Below, one piece after another: positions 8,383-16,919 of a stretch of 64,000 nucleotides of DNA. This DNA is from an uncultured Candidatus Saccharibacteria bacterium. GTDB taxonomy: Bacteria; Patescibacteriota; Minisyncoccia; Phycocordibacterales; XYD1-FULL-46-19. The position numbers were made by a program, and so were the translations under genes. How positions within the stretch are numbered: position 1 is the stretch's first letter; each line of letters begins with the position of its first letter. Below the pieces are notes generated by a model, which saw only the letters and a program-made list of their open reading frames with translations, searched no databases and had not been told where the DNA came from. The stretch spans positions 419-64,418 of the forward strand of contig CAYHFD010000002.1 of NCBI GenBank assembly GCA_964355855.1, in the 5' to 3' direction.

Positions 8383-8443
8383 ATTGATTAGTGTTTTAGT
8401 CTAATATCAGAAAATTGGGCCAGGGCTTTCAACCACTAAGGAG

Positions 8444-8641
8444 GTGAAAGTGGAGAATTATCAGATGGGTGAGGTTTTGATCCCACCAGATGAAGAAGGA
8501 TTTGTGGGGAGACTGATCAGGGATGGTTCGCCGGTTTATTTGCTTTCTGGTAACGGCGATCAGAAACCTGCCATGATGGCGGGGGAAGACACCATTAAAG
8601 GTCAGCAACCGTCGGAAATTTATTGCCAGCTGTATAGTTGA
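8444..8641 (+). CDS. Small hypothetical protein (start ambiguous: GTG 8444, GTG 8450 or ATG 8465)
   Basis: ORF preceded by aaggagg and followed by a strong terminator. Confidence 0.3.
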   Translation: MKVENYQMGEVLIPPDEEGFVGRLIRDGSPVYLLSGNGDQKPAMMAGEDTIKGQQPSEIYCQLYS

Positions 8642-8652
8642 AGCTGGCAGTA

Positions 8653-8693
8653 AGGGGTGGTGGGGCTTTTAAACCCCGCCACCCCTTTTCATT
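8653..8693 (+). terminator. Rho-independent terminator
   Basis: ggggtggtggggc ttttaaa ccccgccacccc followed by TTTT. Confidence 0.75.
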
Positions 8694-8704
8694 TTTATAT
8701 TTTT

Positions 8705-8900
8705 TAATCTAAGCCCAGAATTCCCCGTCAGTTTACTGCGGGGATGAATGGGCGAGGAAAGGGGGTCGGGGAAAACGGAGTTTTCCCCGTGGAGGAGAGC
8801 AGTGAAACGTTGAGAACCGAGGGGTTCTCAAAATAAATTTCTCCTCGCCTAATACCCCGTTAGCTTTTGCTATAGGGATAGGATGAGGAGGGTTTATTTA
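8705..8900 (+). repeat. Copy B of the ~200-bp structured repeat
   Basis: Collinear with copies A and C, with point differences (loop cgg to ctg; ttctcctcgcc arm). Confidence 0.8.
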
Positions 8901-8903
8901 ATT

Positions 8904-10070
8904 TTAGTTAGTCGTATTTTTTCTGACTGCTTCGGCCACCATTTGAGCTACTTTTTTGTCAAAAGGCGAAGGGATTATTTCTTCGGCGGTGGGGTTAGCT
9001 ACACAATCGGCAATGGCCTGCGCCGCGGCAATTTTCATTTCCTCGGTTACTTTTTTAGCACCACTATCAAACAATCCGCGAAAAATTCCCGGAAAAGCGA
9101 GGACATTGTTGACTTGATTGGGAAAATCGCTTCGGCCAGTGGCTACCACATAAGCCCCGGCCTCTTTGGCTATATCAGGCATAATTTCAGGGGTAGGGTT
9201 GGCCATCGCAAACACTATCGCCTTGGGGGCCATCGATTTCACCATATCAGCCGTGACGGTGTTTGGCCCGGAAACACCAATCAAAATATCGGCTTTTTTT
9301 ATAACTTCGGCTAGATTAGTGGGACAGTTGGTGGCGCAAGTGGTGGTCGTGCTTGGAAAATCTTTAATTATTGCCAATTTAGCTTCGTTTAAATCGGTTC
9401 GATGATTACAAACTAAACCTTTAGAGTCGACCAAAGCATAATTTTTCAGGCCAGCCCGGTAGAGAAGTTTAGTAATGGCGATACCGGCCGCGCCAGCGCC
9501 GGCAATAACTGCTCGCACCTCACTAATATTTTTTTCTACCACTTTCAAAGCATTGGTCAAAGCCGCTAGTACGACAATGGCTGTTCCATGCTGGTCGTCG
9601 TGAAAAACGGGAATGGGTAAGATTTGTTTCAGCCGTTCCTCGATTTCAAAACAACGCGGGGCCGAAATGTCTTCCAAATTTATTCCACCAAAGGATGGGG
9701 CAATAGCGGTAATAGCCTTAATAATTTCTTCGGTGTCTTGAGTGGCCAGGCATATTGGCACGGCATCGACACCACCAAACTCTTTAAACAAAATGGCCTT
9801 GCCCTCCATCACGGGCATCGCGGCTTCGGGGCCAATATTGCCAAGTCCGAGTACGGCCGAGCCGTCGGTGATTATCGCCACCGTGTTACCGACATTGGTA
9901 TAGGTTGTCAGTTTGGTTTTGTCTTCAGCGATAGCGATGCAGACCGTGGCCACACCCGGGGTGTAGGCTAAACTCAAATCTTCTCGCGTATTGAGCGGAA
10001 CTTTTACTTTAGTTTCTAGTTTGCCACGATATTTTTTATGTAATTCAAGGGAAGTGTCGCCAATTTCCAT
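8904..10070 (-). CDS. NAD(P)-dependent malic enzyme (short form)
   Basis: Malic-enzyme fold with a Rossmann GAGAAG motif ([11 protein letters not shown]) and the ...[11 protein letters not shown]... motif. Confidence 0.8.
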   Translation of the reverse strand: MEIGDTSLELHKKYRGKLETKVKVPLNTREDLSLAYTPGVATVCIAIAEDKTKLTTYTNVGNTVAIITDGSAVLGLGNIGPEAAMPVMEGKAILFKEFGGVDAVPICLATQDTEEIIKAITAIAPSFGGINLEDISAPRCFEIEERLKQILPIPVFHDDQHGTAIVVLAALTNALKVVEKNISEVRAVIAGAGAAGIAITKLLYRAGLKNYALVDSKGLVCNHRTDLNEAKLAIIKDFPSTTTTCATNCPTNLAEVIKKADILIGVSGPNTVTADMVKSMAPKAIVFAMANPTPEIMPDIAKEAGAYVVATGRSDFPNQVNNVLAFPGIFRGLFDSGAKKVTEEMKIAAAQAIADCVANPTAEEIIPSPFDKKVAQMVAEAVRKNTTN

Positions 10071-10212
10071 AAGGGCAGTTTGATTAGTTGTTTAATAACT
10101 GTATTCTAACCCATCTCTTGACCAATCCGAAGGCCGAGTCCACTGGTTGACTTTTGGGGCAGATTTGGTAATATTAGTAGGTGCCCCGCGGGGCTTTTTT
10201 AATACCAAAAAT

Positions 10213-10392
10213 ATGTCATTCATTGATTATTTAAAATCAACCAAAGCCGAGCTAAGACATGTCAACTGGCCAACCAGACGGGAGGCGGTAGTTTTTACTC
10301 TGATTGTGATAGTAATATCAATTGTCGTTGGAGCTTATTTGGGCGTTTTGGATTTTGTTTTTACTTCGATTATTAAAACTTTCATCATTTAA
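10213..10392 (+). CDS. secE: Preprotein translocase subunit SecE
   Basis: ~60-aa single-TM protein, MSFIDYLKSTKAELRHVNWPTRRE..., immediately upstream of nusG. Confidence 0.7.
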   Translation: MSFIDYLKSTKAELRHVNWPTRREAVVFTLIVIVISIVVGAYLGVLDFVFTSIIKTFII

Positions 10393-10397
10393 TTTTT

Positions 10398-10943
10398 ATG
10401 GCTAAACAAGAGTTAGACCAAGGGCGAAATTGGTATGCCATCCATACTTATTCCGGTTATGAAAATGCGGTAGCTCGTAACTTGAAACAGCGCATCGAAT
10501 CTTTGGGTATGGAAAGCAAAATATTTAATGTCTTAGTACCGATCGAAAAAAAGGTCAAAATAAAAGGGGGCAAGCGGGTGACTGTCGAGGAAAAAATTTA
10601 CCCGGGTTATGTCTTGGTTGATATGGTAGTTACTGACGATTCTTGGTATGTGGTGCGCAATACCCCTCGCGTTACCGGGTTTATTGGTTCGGGAGTTATT
10701 CCGGTGCCTTTGGAAAAATCAGAAGTTGATGAGTTGTTTCGTCGCATGGGTGATGATTCGACCAAACACGCTATTGATTTAACAGTAGATGAGGCGGTAG
10801 TTGTCGTCGATGGGCCGTTTAAAGAATTTGAGGGTAAAGTCAGTGAAATTGACGAGGAGCGAGGCAAAGTTAAAGTCTTGGTGTCGATGTTTGGGCGGGA
10901 AACACCAGTCGAATTAGATTTTCTTCAGGTGAAGAAAATCTAA
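10398..10943 (+). CDS. nusG: Transcription antitermination factor NusG
   Basis: NGN plus KOW domains (WYAIHTYSGYENAV...; C-terminal ...GKVKVLVSMFGRETPVELDF) in the secE-nusG-rplK context. Confidence 0.85.
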   Translation: MAKQELDQGRNWYAIHTYSGYENAVARNLKQRIESLGMESKIFNVLVPIEKKVKIKGGKRVTVEEKIYPGYVLVDMVVTDDSWYVVRNTPRVTGFIGSGVIPVPLEKSEVDELFRRMGDDSTKHAIDLTVDEAVVVVDGPFKEFEGKVSEIDEERGKVKVLVSMFGRETPVELDFLQVKKI

Positions 10944-11099
10944 TTCGACAAATCTCAAAAACCAAATCTCAACTTTCAAAAAATTTTTAAATTTTGGATG
11001 CTTGGAGCTTGTTTGGGATTTGGTGTTTGTAATTTGTGATTTTAAACAACGAGGATGGACAATCATCGTAAAATAAGGTAGATTCTTAACACTAAAACT

Positions 11100-11525
11100 A
11101 TGGCAGATAAAAAGATAATAAAAAAGGTTAAACTACAAATCCCAGCCGGGGCGGCTAACCCAGCGCCACCAGTGGGGCCAGCCCTTGGTCAAGCGGGGGT
11201 TAATATTGGGGAGTTTGTGAACCAATTTAACAGCCGAACCCAGGAGATGCGCGGGGATATTATTCCGGTGGAGATTTCAGTTTATGAAGACCGCAGTTTT
11301 GATTTTATTTTAAAGACTCCCCCAGCTTCGCGTCTGATTTTAAAGGCGATTGGGACCGATAAGGGTTCCGGTAAAAATATCATTAAAAAGGCTGGCACTA
11401 TTACCAAAGCGCAAGTCAAAGAGATTGCTGAGAAAAAAATGGTTGACTTGAATGCCCATGACCTTAATGCAGCCATGAAAACCATTGAAGGAACGGCGCG
11501 GAGCATGGGGGTGGACGTGAAATAG
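11100..11525 (+). CDS. rplK: Ribosomal protein L11
   Basis: [29 protein letters not shown] is the L11 signature. Confidence 0.9.
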   Translation: MADKKIIKKVKLQIPAGAANPAPPVGPALGQAGVNIGEFVNQFNSRTQEMRGDIIPVEISVYEDRSFDFILKTPPASRLILKAIGTDKGSGKNIIKKAGTITKAQVKEIAEKKMVDLNAHDLNAAMKTIEGTARSMGVDVK

Positions 11526-11693
11526 GAAACGTTCACCGGCCGGAGGCTGACGAGCCGAGGCGGGCCCGCGCAACTTTTCAGCAGAAAAGTATGGGTGGGT
11601 GGAAGTGAAATAGAAATGGGCTAAACCCCAACCCATATTTTTCTGCTGAGAAATATGGGTGGGTCGAAGTCAAATAAATATAAATTTTCAAGA

Positions 11694-11724
11694 AAAAAGC
11701 GCCTAGGTTAGGCGCTTTTTTCTT
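11694..11724 (+). terminator. Rho-independent terminator after rplK, preceded by a direct/inverted repeat region (11580-11680)
   Basis: aaaaaagcgcctaggttaggcgcttttttctt. Confidence 0.7.
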
Positions 11725-11786
11725 GGATATGTTTGTGGTTTCTTGTCAACCGTTTACCATCATTGTCACTAGGGTATAATGTTTGC

Positions 11787-12296
11787 ATGAGTGAAAATTC
11801 TAACCCTAATCAAGAAAGATATATTCGTCCAAGCTGGGACGAGTATTTTTTGAAAATTATGGAGGTGGTGGGTAGTCGGGGAACTTGTGACCGGGGGCGT
11901 TCGGGCTGTGTTATTGTTAAAGACAAAAGAATTCTTTCAACGGGTTATGTAGGCTCGCCCATTGGCTTGCCCCATTGTGATGAAGTGGGACACGAAATGC
12001 ATACGGTGACGAGCGAGGATGGTAAGGAATCAAGACACTGTATTCGAACCACCCATGCTGAACAAAATGCGATTGTGCAAGCGGCGCGGATTGGGGTGCC
12101 TCTGGCCGACGCGGTTTTGTATTGCAATATGACTCCCTGTTATGTCTGTGCCAAAATGATTATCAACGCTGGTGTTAAAAGGGTGGTGGCCCGCAAGGAC
12201 TATCATATTGGTGCCCGGAGTAAGGAAATATTAAAAGAAGCTGGGGTGCAATACGAGTTGGTAAATAATGAAATCGAAAAGTATAACGATATTTAA
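11787..12296 (+). CDS. dCMP deaminase (cytidine/deoxycytidylate deaminase family)
   Basis: HAEQNA and PCYVCA zinc-binding motifs; start taken at MSENSNP within ORF 11733-12296. Confidence 0.75.
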   Translation: MSENSNPNQERYIRPSWDEYFLKIMEVVGSRGTCDRGRSGCVIVKDKRILSTGYVGSPIGLPHCDEVGHEMHTVTSEDGKESRHCIRTTHAEQNAIVQAARIGVPLADAVLYCNMTPCYVCAKMIINAGVKRVVARKDYHIGARSKEILKEAGVQYELVNNEIEKYNDI

Positions 12297-12298
12297 AT

Positions 12299-12931
12299 AT
12301 GGCTGTTATTACCAAAGCGGAAATTTTAGATAGAATTAAAAAGGGTGAAATTGGCTTTGAGCCCATGGTTGATATTTTTCAGTTACAACGACATGCGGTG
12401 GATTTGCGTTTAGGTTATATCTTTTCTTTACCACAAATTTGGCGGTTGTCGGTGCGGGGGCGCGAGGCTTTAAATATTGATTATACGCGTAAAATTGATG
12501 CGCGCCTGTTTGAAACCATCGAACTAAAAGCGGGGCAATATTTTGAACTGTTACCCCAAGAATATGTTTTAGTGTCGGTGTTAGAAAAAGTAAAATTGCC
12601 AGCTGACTTGATGGCCGTAATGTATCCACGGTCTTCGACCAACCGTAAAGGTTTGTCGGTGGATTTGACGGGGATTATTGATGCTGGTTATGAGGGATCA
12701 TTAACTATTCCGATTCGGAACAATACGACTTCCCAGGTCATTAGGCTTTACCCGGGCGAGCGCATTTGCCAGTTGGTTTTTGAAGAGTTATCGGCCAAAA
12801 TTACCGAGGGACGTAAAAGTAAGTATCATAAACAAAAAACCAGCATTTATCTTCCCGACAAGGAGGAAGAAATAAAACTAATCTCGGCTGGTAAAATTGA
12901 AACCTTAAAAAAACGTTACCCAATAAAATAA
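12299..12931 (+). CDS. dcd: dCTP deaminase / dUTPase-superfamily protein
   Basis: VDLRLG and GIIDAGYEG motifs typical of Dcd. Confidence 0.65.
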   Translation: MAVITKAEILDRIKKGEIGFEPMVDIFQLQRHAVDLRLGYIFSLPQIWRLSVRGREALNIDYTRKIDARLFETIELKAGQYFELLPQEYVLVSVLEKVKLPADLMAVMYPRSSTNRKGLSVDLTGIIDAGYEGSLTIPIRNNTTSQVIRLYPGERICQLVFEELSAKITEGRKSKYHKQKTSIYLPDKEEEIKLISAGKIETLKKRYPIK

Positions 12932-12936
12932 CCAAT

Positions 12937-14232
12937 ATGAAAACTTTTATTTATGACGAGTTTGGTCCCGAGGATACTGCGATGATGCAGGCTCTTTATT
13001 CACGAAGCGCGGCTAGTGTCGAAGAACATGCGGAAAAAGTGAAGAAGAGTGGTTCGGGAAAATTTATGGAACGATTTTATGTTGGTTATGGTCACGCTTC
13101 GATCGCGGACTGCGGTAGTACCACTATTTTTGTTGAAGGGGTTAGTATGTTGGTGGCCAAAGCATTGCAGGATTGGCCTTTATATTCGGGACAGGAAACT
13201 AGTTCGCGTTATATTGATTTTGCTAATCAAGAGATAGTGGACCCTCTAGGGACAGCTGAATCTAAAGCCATAATTAAAAATTGGTTGGATTTTTATGTTA
13301 ACAGTCGGGAACCACTAATTGTTTATTTAAAAAAACGATACCCGCGCCGGCCCGTTGAAGATGAAGCGGTTTATGACAAAGCCATTACTTCCCGTTCGTT
13401 TGATGTTTTGCGGGCGTTTTTGCCGGCCGGTGCGACCACTCAACTGTCGTGGCACACTAATTTACGCCAAGCGGCCGACAAGCTGGCGCTCCTTAAATAT
13501 TATCCACTGGAGGAAGTGAAAACCGTGGCCAAAAATATTCATGACAAACTGAAGGAAAAATATCCTAGCAGTTTTTCGCATAAGGAATATGAAGAGCAGG
13601 AAAAATACCGCCAGTCAACGGTGGAAAATTACACATTTTACAAAACCAATATTTGTAATCCTAACTTTGTTTATTCCACTACTATTAACCCAACCGTGCT
13701 TACCCAATACCAAGATGTTTTAAGTCGTCGACCAACCAAAACCAATTTACCTCATTTTCTGACCGAATTGGGGACAATCTCGTTTGAGTTTTTGCTAGAT
13801 TTTGGTTCCTTTCGTGATATCCAACGCCATCGCCATGGTGTTTGTCGGATGCCCCTGGTTACTACTAGTTGCGGGTTTAATGATTGGTATTTAAACCAGT
13901 TGCCAGACGACTTACGTCTTCAAGCTTTTGACCTTATCAAAAAACAAAGTGTGGCCATCGAGACTTTACCAACCACTGTCGAGATAAAGCAATACTATGT
14001 GGCAATGGGTTTTAATGTGTCATGCAAGGTGACTTATGGTTTACCGGCGACAGTTTACACCGTGGAGTTACGTTCGGGTAAGTTGGTGCACCCGTCGCTT
14101 AGACGAGTGGCCCACCAAATGCACTATGGTTTAAAAGCCTTGTTTCCAGATTTAGTTTTGCATTCTGATTTAGAACCAGACGACTGGGATGTTCGACGGG
14201 GATTACAAGATATTAAAGAAAAAACCAACTAA
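12937..14232 (+). CDS. ThyX-like flavin-dependent thymidylate synthase, tandem two-domain form (431 aa)
   Basis: The N-terminal half resembles a ThyX core with the S-RY motif (GHASIADCGS...YSGQETSSRY) but has DWPL in place of RHR. The C-terminal half carries FRDIQRHRH but lacks S-RY. It is flanked by dCMP/dCTP deaminases, glyA and tmk. Confidence 0.5.
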   Translation: MKTFIYDEFGPEDTAMMQALYSRSAASVEEHAEKVKKSGSGKFMERFYVGYGHASIADCGSTTIFVEGVSMLVAKALQDWPLYSGQETSSRYIDFANQEIVDPLGTAESKAIIKNWLDFYVNSREPLIVYLKKRYPRRPVEDEAVYDKAITSRSFDVLRAFLPAGATTQLSWHTNLRQAADKLALLKYYPLEEVKTVAKNIHDKLKEKYPSSFSHKEYEEQEKYRQSTVENYTFYKTNICNPNFVYSTTINPTVLTQYQDVLSRRPTKTNLPHFLTELGTISFEFLLDFGSFRDIQRHRHGVCRMPLVTTSCGFNDWYLNQLPDDLRLQAFDLIKKQSVAIETLPTTVEIKQYYVAMGFNVSCKVTYGLPATVYTVELRSGKLVHPSLRRVAHQMHYGLKALFPDLVLHSDLEPDDWDVRRGLQDIKEKTN

Positions 14233-14233
14233 A

Positions 14234-15400
14234 ATGAAAGACAAACAAATTCAAAAACTAATCGCCGCCGAAATCAAGCGTCAAAAAAAAGTGGTCAATC
14301 TGATTGCCTCGGAAAATTTTGTCTCCAAGGATGTTTTAGAGGCTCTCGGGTCGGAATTGACCAACAAATATGCCGAAGGCTACTCGGCCCTGCGCTATTA
14401 TGGGGGAAATGAAATTGTCGATAAAATTGAGGATTTATGCCAAGAGCGAGCATTAAAAGTTTTTAAATTATCTAAAAAAGATTGGCGGGTAAATGTTCAG
14501 GCTTTGTCTGGCTCGCCAGCTAACACGGCGGTGTATTTAGCTCTGGTGCCGATTGGGGAAAAAATAATGGGTATGACCTTAACCGATGGTGGACACCTTA
14601 CTCATGGCCATAAAGTCTCAATTACCGGCAAGGTTTGGCAACAGATTCCTTATGGAGTTAATTCCAAGACCGAAATGCTTGATTATGAGGAAATTGCTAA
14701 AATTGCCGAGAAAGAAAAACCTAAAATAATTGTGGCTGGCTTCACGGCTTATCCTCGCCAGATTGATTGGCCAAAGTTTCGAGCTATCGCTGATAGTTGT
14801 GGGGCCATTTTGATGGTGGACATGTCGCATATCGCTGGTCTTATTGCGGGCGGGGCCTATCCCAGCCCCTTTCCTTATGCCGATGTCGTGACCAGCACCA
14901 CGCATAAAACTTTGCGTGGCCCGCGCTCGGCCCTTATTTTTTCCAAAAAAGAATTAGCTGACAAAATAAATAAAGCCGTATTTCCGGGTTTGCAGGGCGG
15001 GCCACACTTAAATCAAATAGCGGCGGTGGCGGTGGCTTTGGGTGAAGCATCCACGCCGGCATTTAAAACATATGCCAAGCAGGTGGTCAAAAATGCCTCG
15101 GCGCTGGCTAAGGAATTATCTCGTCTGGGTTGGCGATTAGTGTCTGGTGGAACAGATTCCCATTTAATTTTGCTGGACACTTGGTTGGACGGTAAAGGGA
15201 TAGGTGGTAAAGATGCTAGTGACCGACTGGAAAAAGCGGGTATCATTGTCAATAAAAATACCATTCCGGGCGAAAAAAGAACGCCGGTCAATCCATCGGG
15301 AATTCGTCTTGGCACGGCCGCCGAAACAACTAGGGGTAAAAAAGAAAAAGATATGATTAAATTGGCTCAACGGATTGATAAGATTTTAAAGAAAAAATGA
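14234..15400 (+). CDS. glyA: Serine hydroxymethyltransferase
   Basis: LIASENFVS, TTHKTLRGPR and the PLP-lysine region; start at ATG 14234. Confidence 0.9.
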   Translation: MKDKQIQKLIAAEIKRQKKVVNLIASENFVSKDVLEALGSELTNKYAEGYSALRYYGGNEIVDKIEDLCQERALKVFKLSKKDWRVNVQALSGSPANTAVYLALVPIGEKIMGMTLTDGGHLTHGHKVSITGKVWQQIPYGVNSKTEMLDYEEIAKIAEKEKPKIIVAGFTAYPRQIDWPKFRAIADSCGAILMVDMSHIAGLIAGGAYPSPFPYADVVTSTTHKTLRGPRSALIFSKKELADKINKAVFPGLQGGPHLNQIAAVAVALGEASTPAFKTYAKQVVKNASALAKELSRLGWRLVSGGTDSHLILLDTWLDGKGIGGKDASDRLEKAGIIVNKNTIPGEKRTPVNPSGIRLGTAAETTRGKKEKDMIKLAQRIDKILKKK

Positions 15401-16137
15401 AAAAAGGAAAATTAATTGCTATTGATGGCATAGATGGTTCCGGCAAAGCAACACAAGTTAAACTTTTGGCCGAGCGGTTAAAAAAAGAAGGGTTTAAGGT
15501 AAAGGCCATCGATTTTCCTCGTTACTATGACAACTTTTTTGGTAAGTTAATCGGCGAATATCTTTCTGGTTTGTATGGTGATTTTACTGAAGTCGACCCA
15601 CGCATTGGTTCGTTGCTTTATGCGGCTGACCGTTTTGAGTCGAGTAAAGATATTAAAAAATGGCTCGATGATGGTTATATTGTTTTGTCTGATCGCTACA
15701 CTTCAGCTAATGAAATTCACCAAGGGGGTAAAATTTTTAACCAACAAGCTCGTCGAGAATTTTTAGTCTGGCTAGAAAAGATGGAATACGGTGTTTTCAA
15801 TATCCCTAAGCCCGACCTAACCATTTTGCTTGATGTGCCATTTGAGGTGAGTAAGCATTGGCTAGAAAATAAAATTACCAGACGAAGTAAAAAATATTTA
15901 AAAGGCCGGCGCGATGTGGCTGAAGATAATTTGCGATATTTAAAAACCTCGCGTGAATGTTCTTTGTGGCTAGCTATTCATAATAAGACCTGGGCCAAGA
16001 TCGAGTGTTGTAAAGGTATGGTTTGTATGTCACCAGATGAGGTTGGCCAAAAAGTATTTGAAATTGTTAAGAAAAAAATCAATCTCGCTTACTATGGAAA
16101 TAAAACTAAAAATAAAAAAATTAAATCCCGAGGCTAA
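15397..16137 (+). CDS. tmk: Thymidylate kinase
   Basis: P-loop IAIDGIDGSGK and DRY motif (LSDRY). Confidence 0.85.
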   Translation: MKKGKLIAIDGIDGSGKATQVKLLAERLKKEGFKVKAIDFPRYYDNFFGKLIGEYLSGLYGDFTEVDPRIGSLLYAADRFESSKDIKKWLDDGYIVLSDRYTSANEIHQGGKIFNQQARREFLVWLEKMEYGVFNIPKPDLTILLDVPFEVSKHWLENKITRRSKKYLKGRRDVAEDNLRYLKTSRECSLWLAIHNKTWAKIECCKGMVCMSPDEVGQKVFEIVKKKINLAYYGNKTKNKKIKSRG

Positions 16138-16180
16138 GCGTCGGGGATACTCGGCACCAGATGAATCGGTGTTTGACAGT

Positions 16181-16208
16181 TTGACACGATATAACCGTTG
16201 TATATACT
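16181..16208 (+). promoter_or_regulatory. Putative promoter TTGACA-16-TATACT ending ~7 nt before the ATG of the antitoxin gene (near-leaderless); tandem gtttgaca repeats may act as an operator
   Basis: gtttgacagtttgacacgatataaccgttgtatatactatagtt then ATG at 16215. Confidence 0.4.
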
Positions 16209-16214
16209 ATAGTT

Positions 16215-16487
16215 ATGAAAACTATCATCAATATTAAAGCCGATAAGGAGATAAAGGAACAAGCGGTGAAAACCGCCAAAGCCATGGGTTTGCCCCTAAG
16301 CACGGTAGTCAACGCCTTTTTGCGACAATTTGTGGCCGAGCAGCAGGTGACTTTTTCTGTTCCGCTCGTGCCATCCAAAAAACTTGAACAAATTCTTAAA
16401 CAGGCGGAGAGGGAAACGAAAGACAGCGAAAATATCGTGGGGCCATTTGGTTCGGCTAGAGATATGATGAAAGCGCTAAGATCTTAA
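16215..16487 (+). CDS. RelB/DinJ-family antitoxin
   Basis: Pattern IKADKEIKEQAVKTAKAMGLPLSTVVNAFLRQFVAEQQV resembles DinJ, and the gene lies directly upstream of a RelE/YafQ-like gene. Confidence 0.65.
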   Translation: MKTIINIKADKEIKEQAVKTAKAMGLPLSTVVNAFLRQFVAEQQVTFSVPLVPSKKLEQILKQAERETKDSENIVGPFGSARDMMKALRS

Positions 16488-16494
16488 ATCTTCC

Positions 16495-16758
16495 ATGCCC
16501 CAGGTTTATTATCTCAAAAGTTTTAAGAAGCAGTTCAAGCGCTTACCGCCAAAGATTCAGGATAAATTTGGGGAAAAACTAGAAATTTTCATGACCGATT
16601 GCTCGGCCCCGATTCTTAATGACCATACTTTGTCTGGCCAGTGGATAAATCATCGTAGTATTAACATTACTGGCGATTATCGGGCGATTTATAAATTGGA
16701 AAAAGTCATCGCGATTTTTGTCGTCATCGGCAATCACGATGAACTTTACGGCAAATGA
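16495..16758 (+). CDS. RelE/YafQ-family type II toxin (mRNA interferase)
   Basis: 87-aa protein ...LSGQWINHRSINITGDYRAIYKLEKVIAIFVVIGNHDELY, a typical RelE/ParE fold sequence. Confidence 0.65.
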   Translation: MPQVYYLKSFKKQFKRLPPKIQDKFGEKLEIFMTDCSAPILNDHTLSGQWINHRSINITGDYRAIYKLEKVIAIFVVIGNHDELYGK

Positions 16759-16919
16759 TTCTGCTGTGTTATCACGAGGTTGAACCTCGTGGCGGAAAAA
16801 GTGAGTGAATTGTCTGAATCAAGTCATGGTGAAGGGCGCTTTGGGTCAACTGGTCGTTAGTCAAACTACTCCTCGTTAATGCCCTATACAGGGCCCTTTT
16901 TTGTGCTATATTTGACCTA

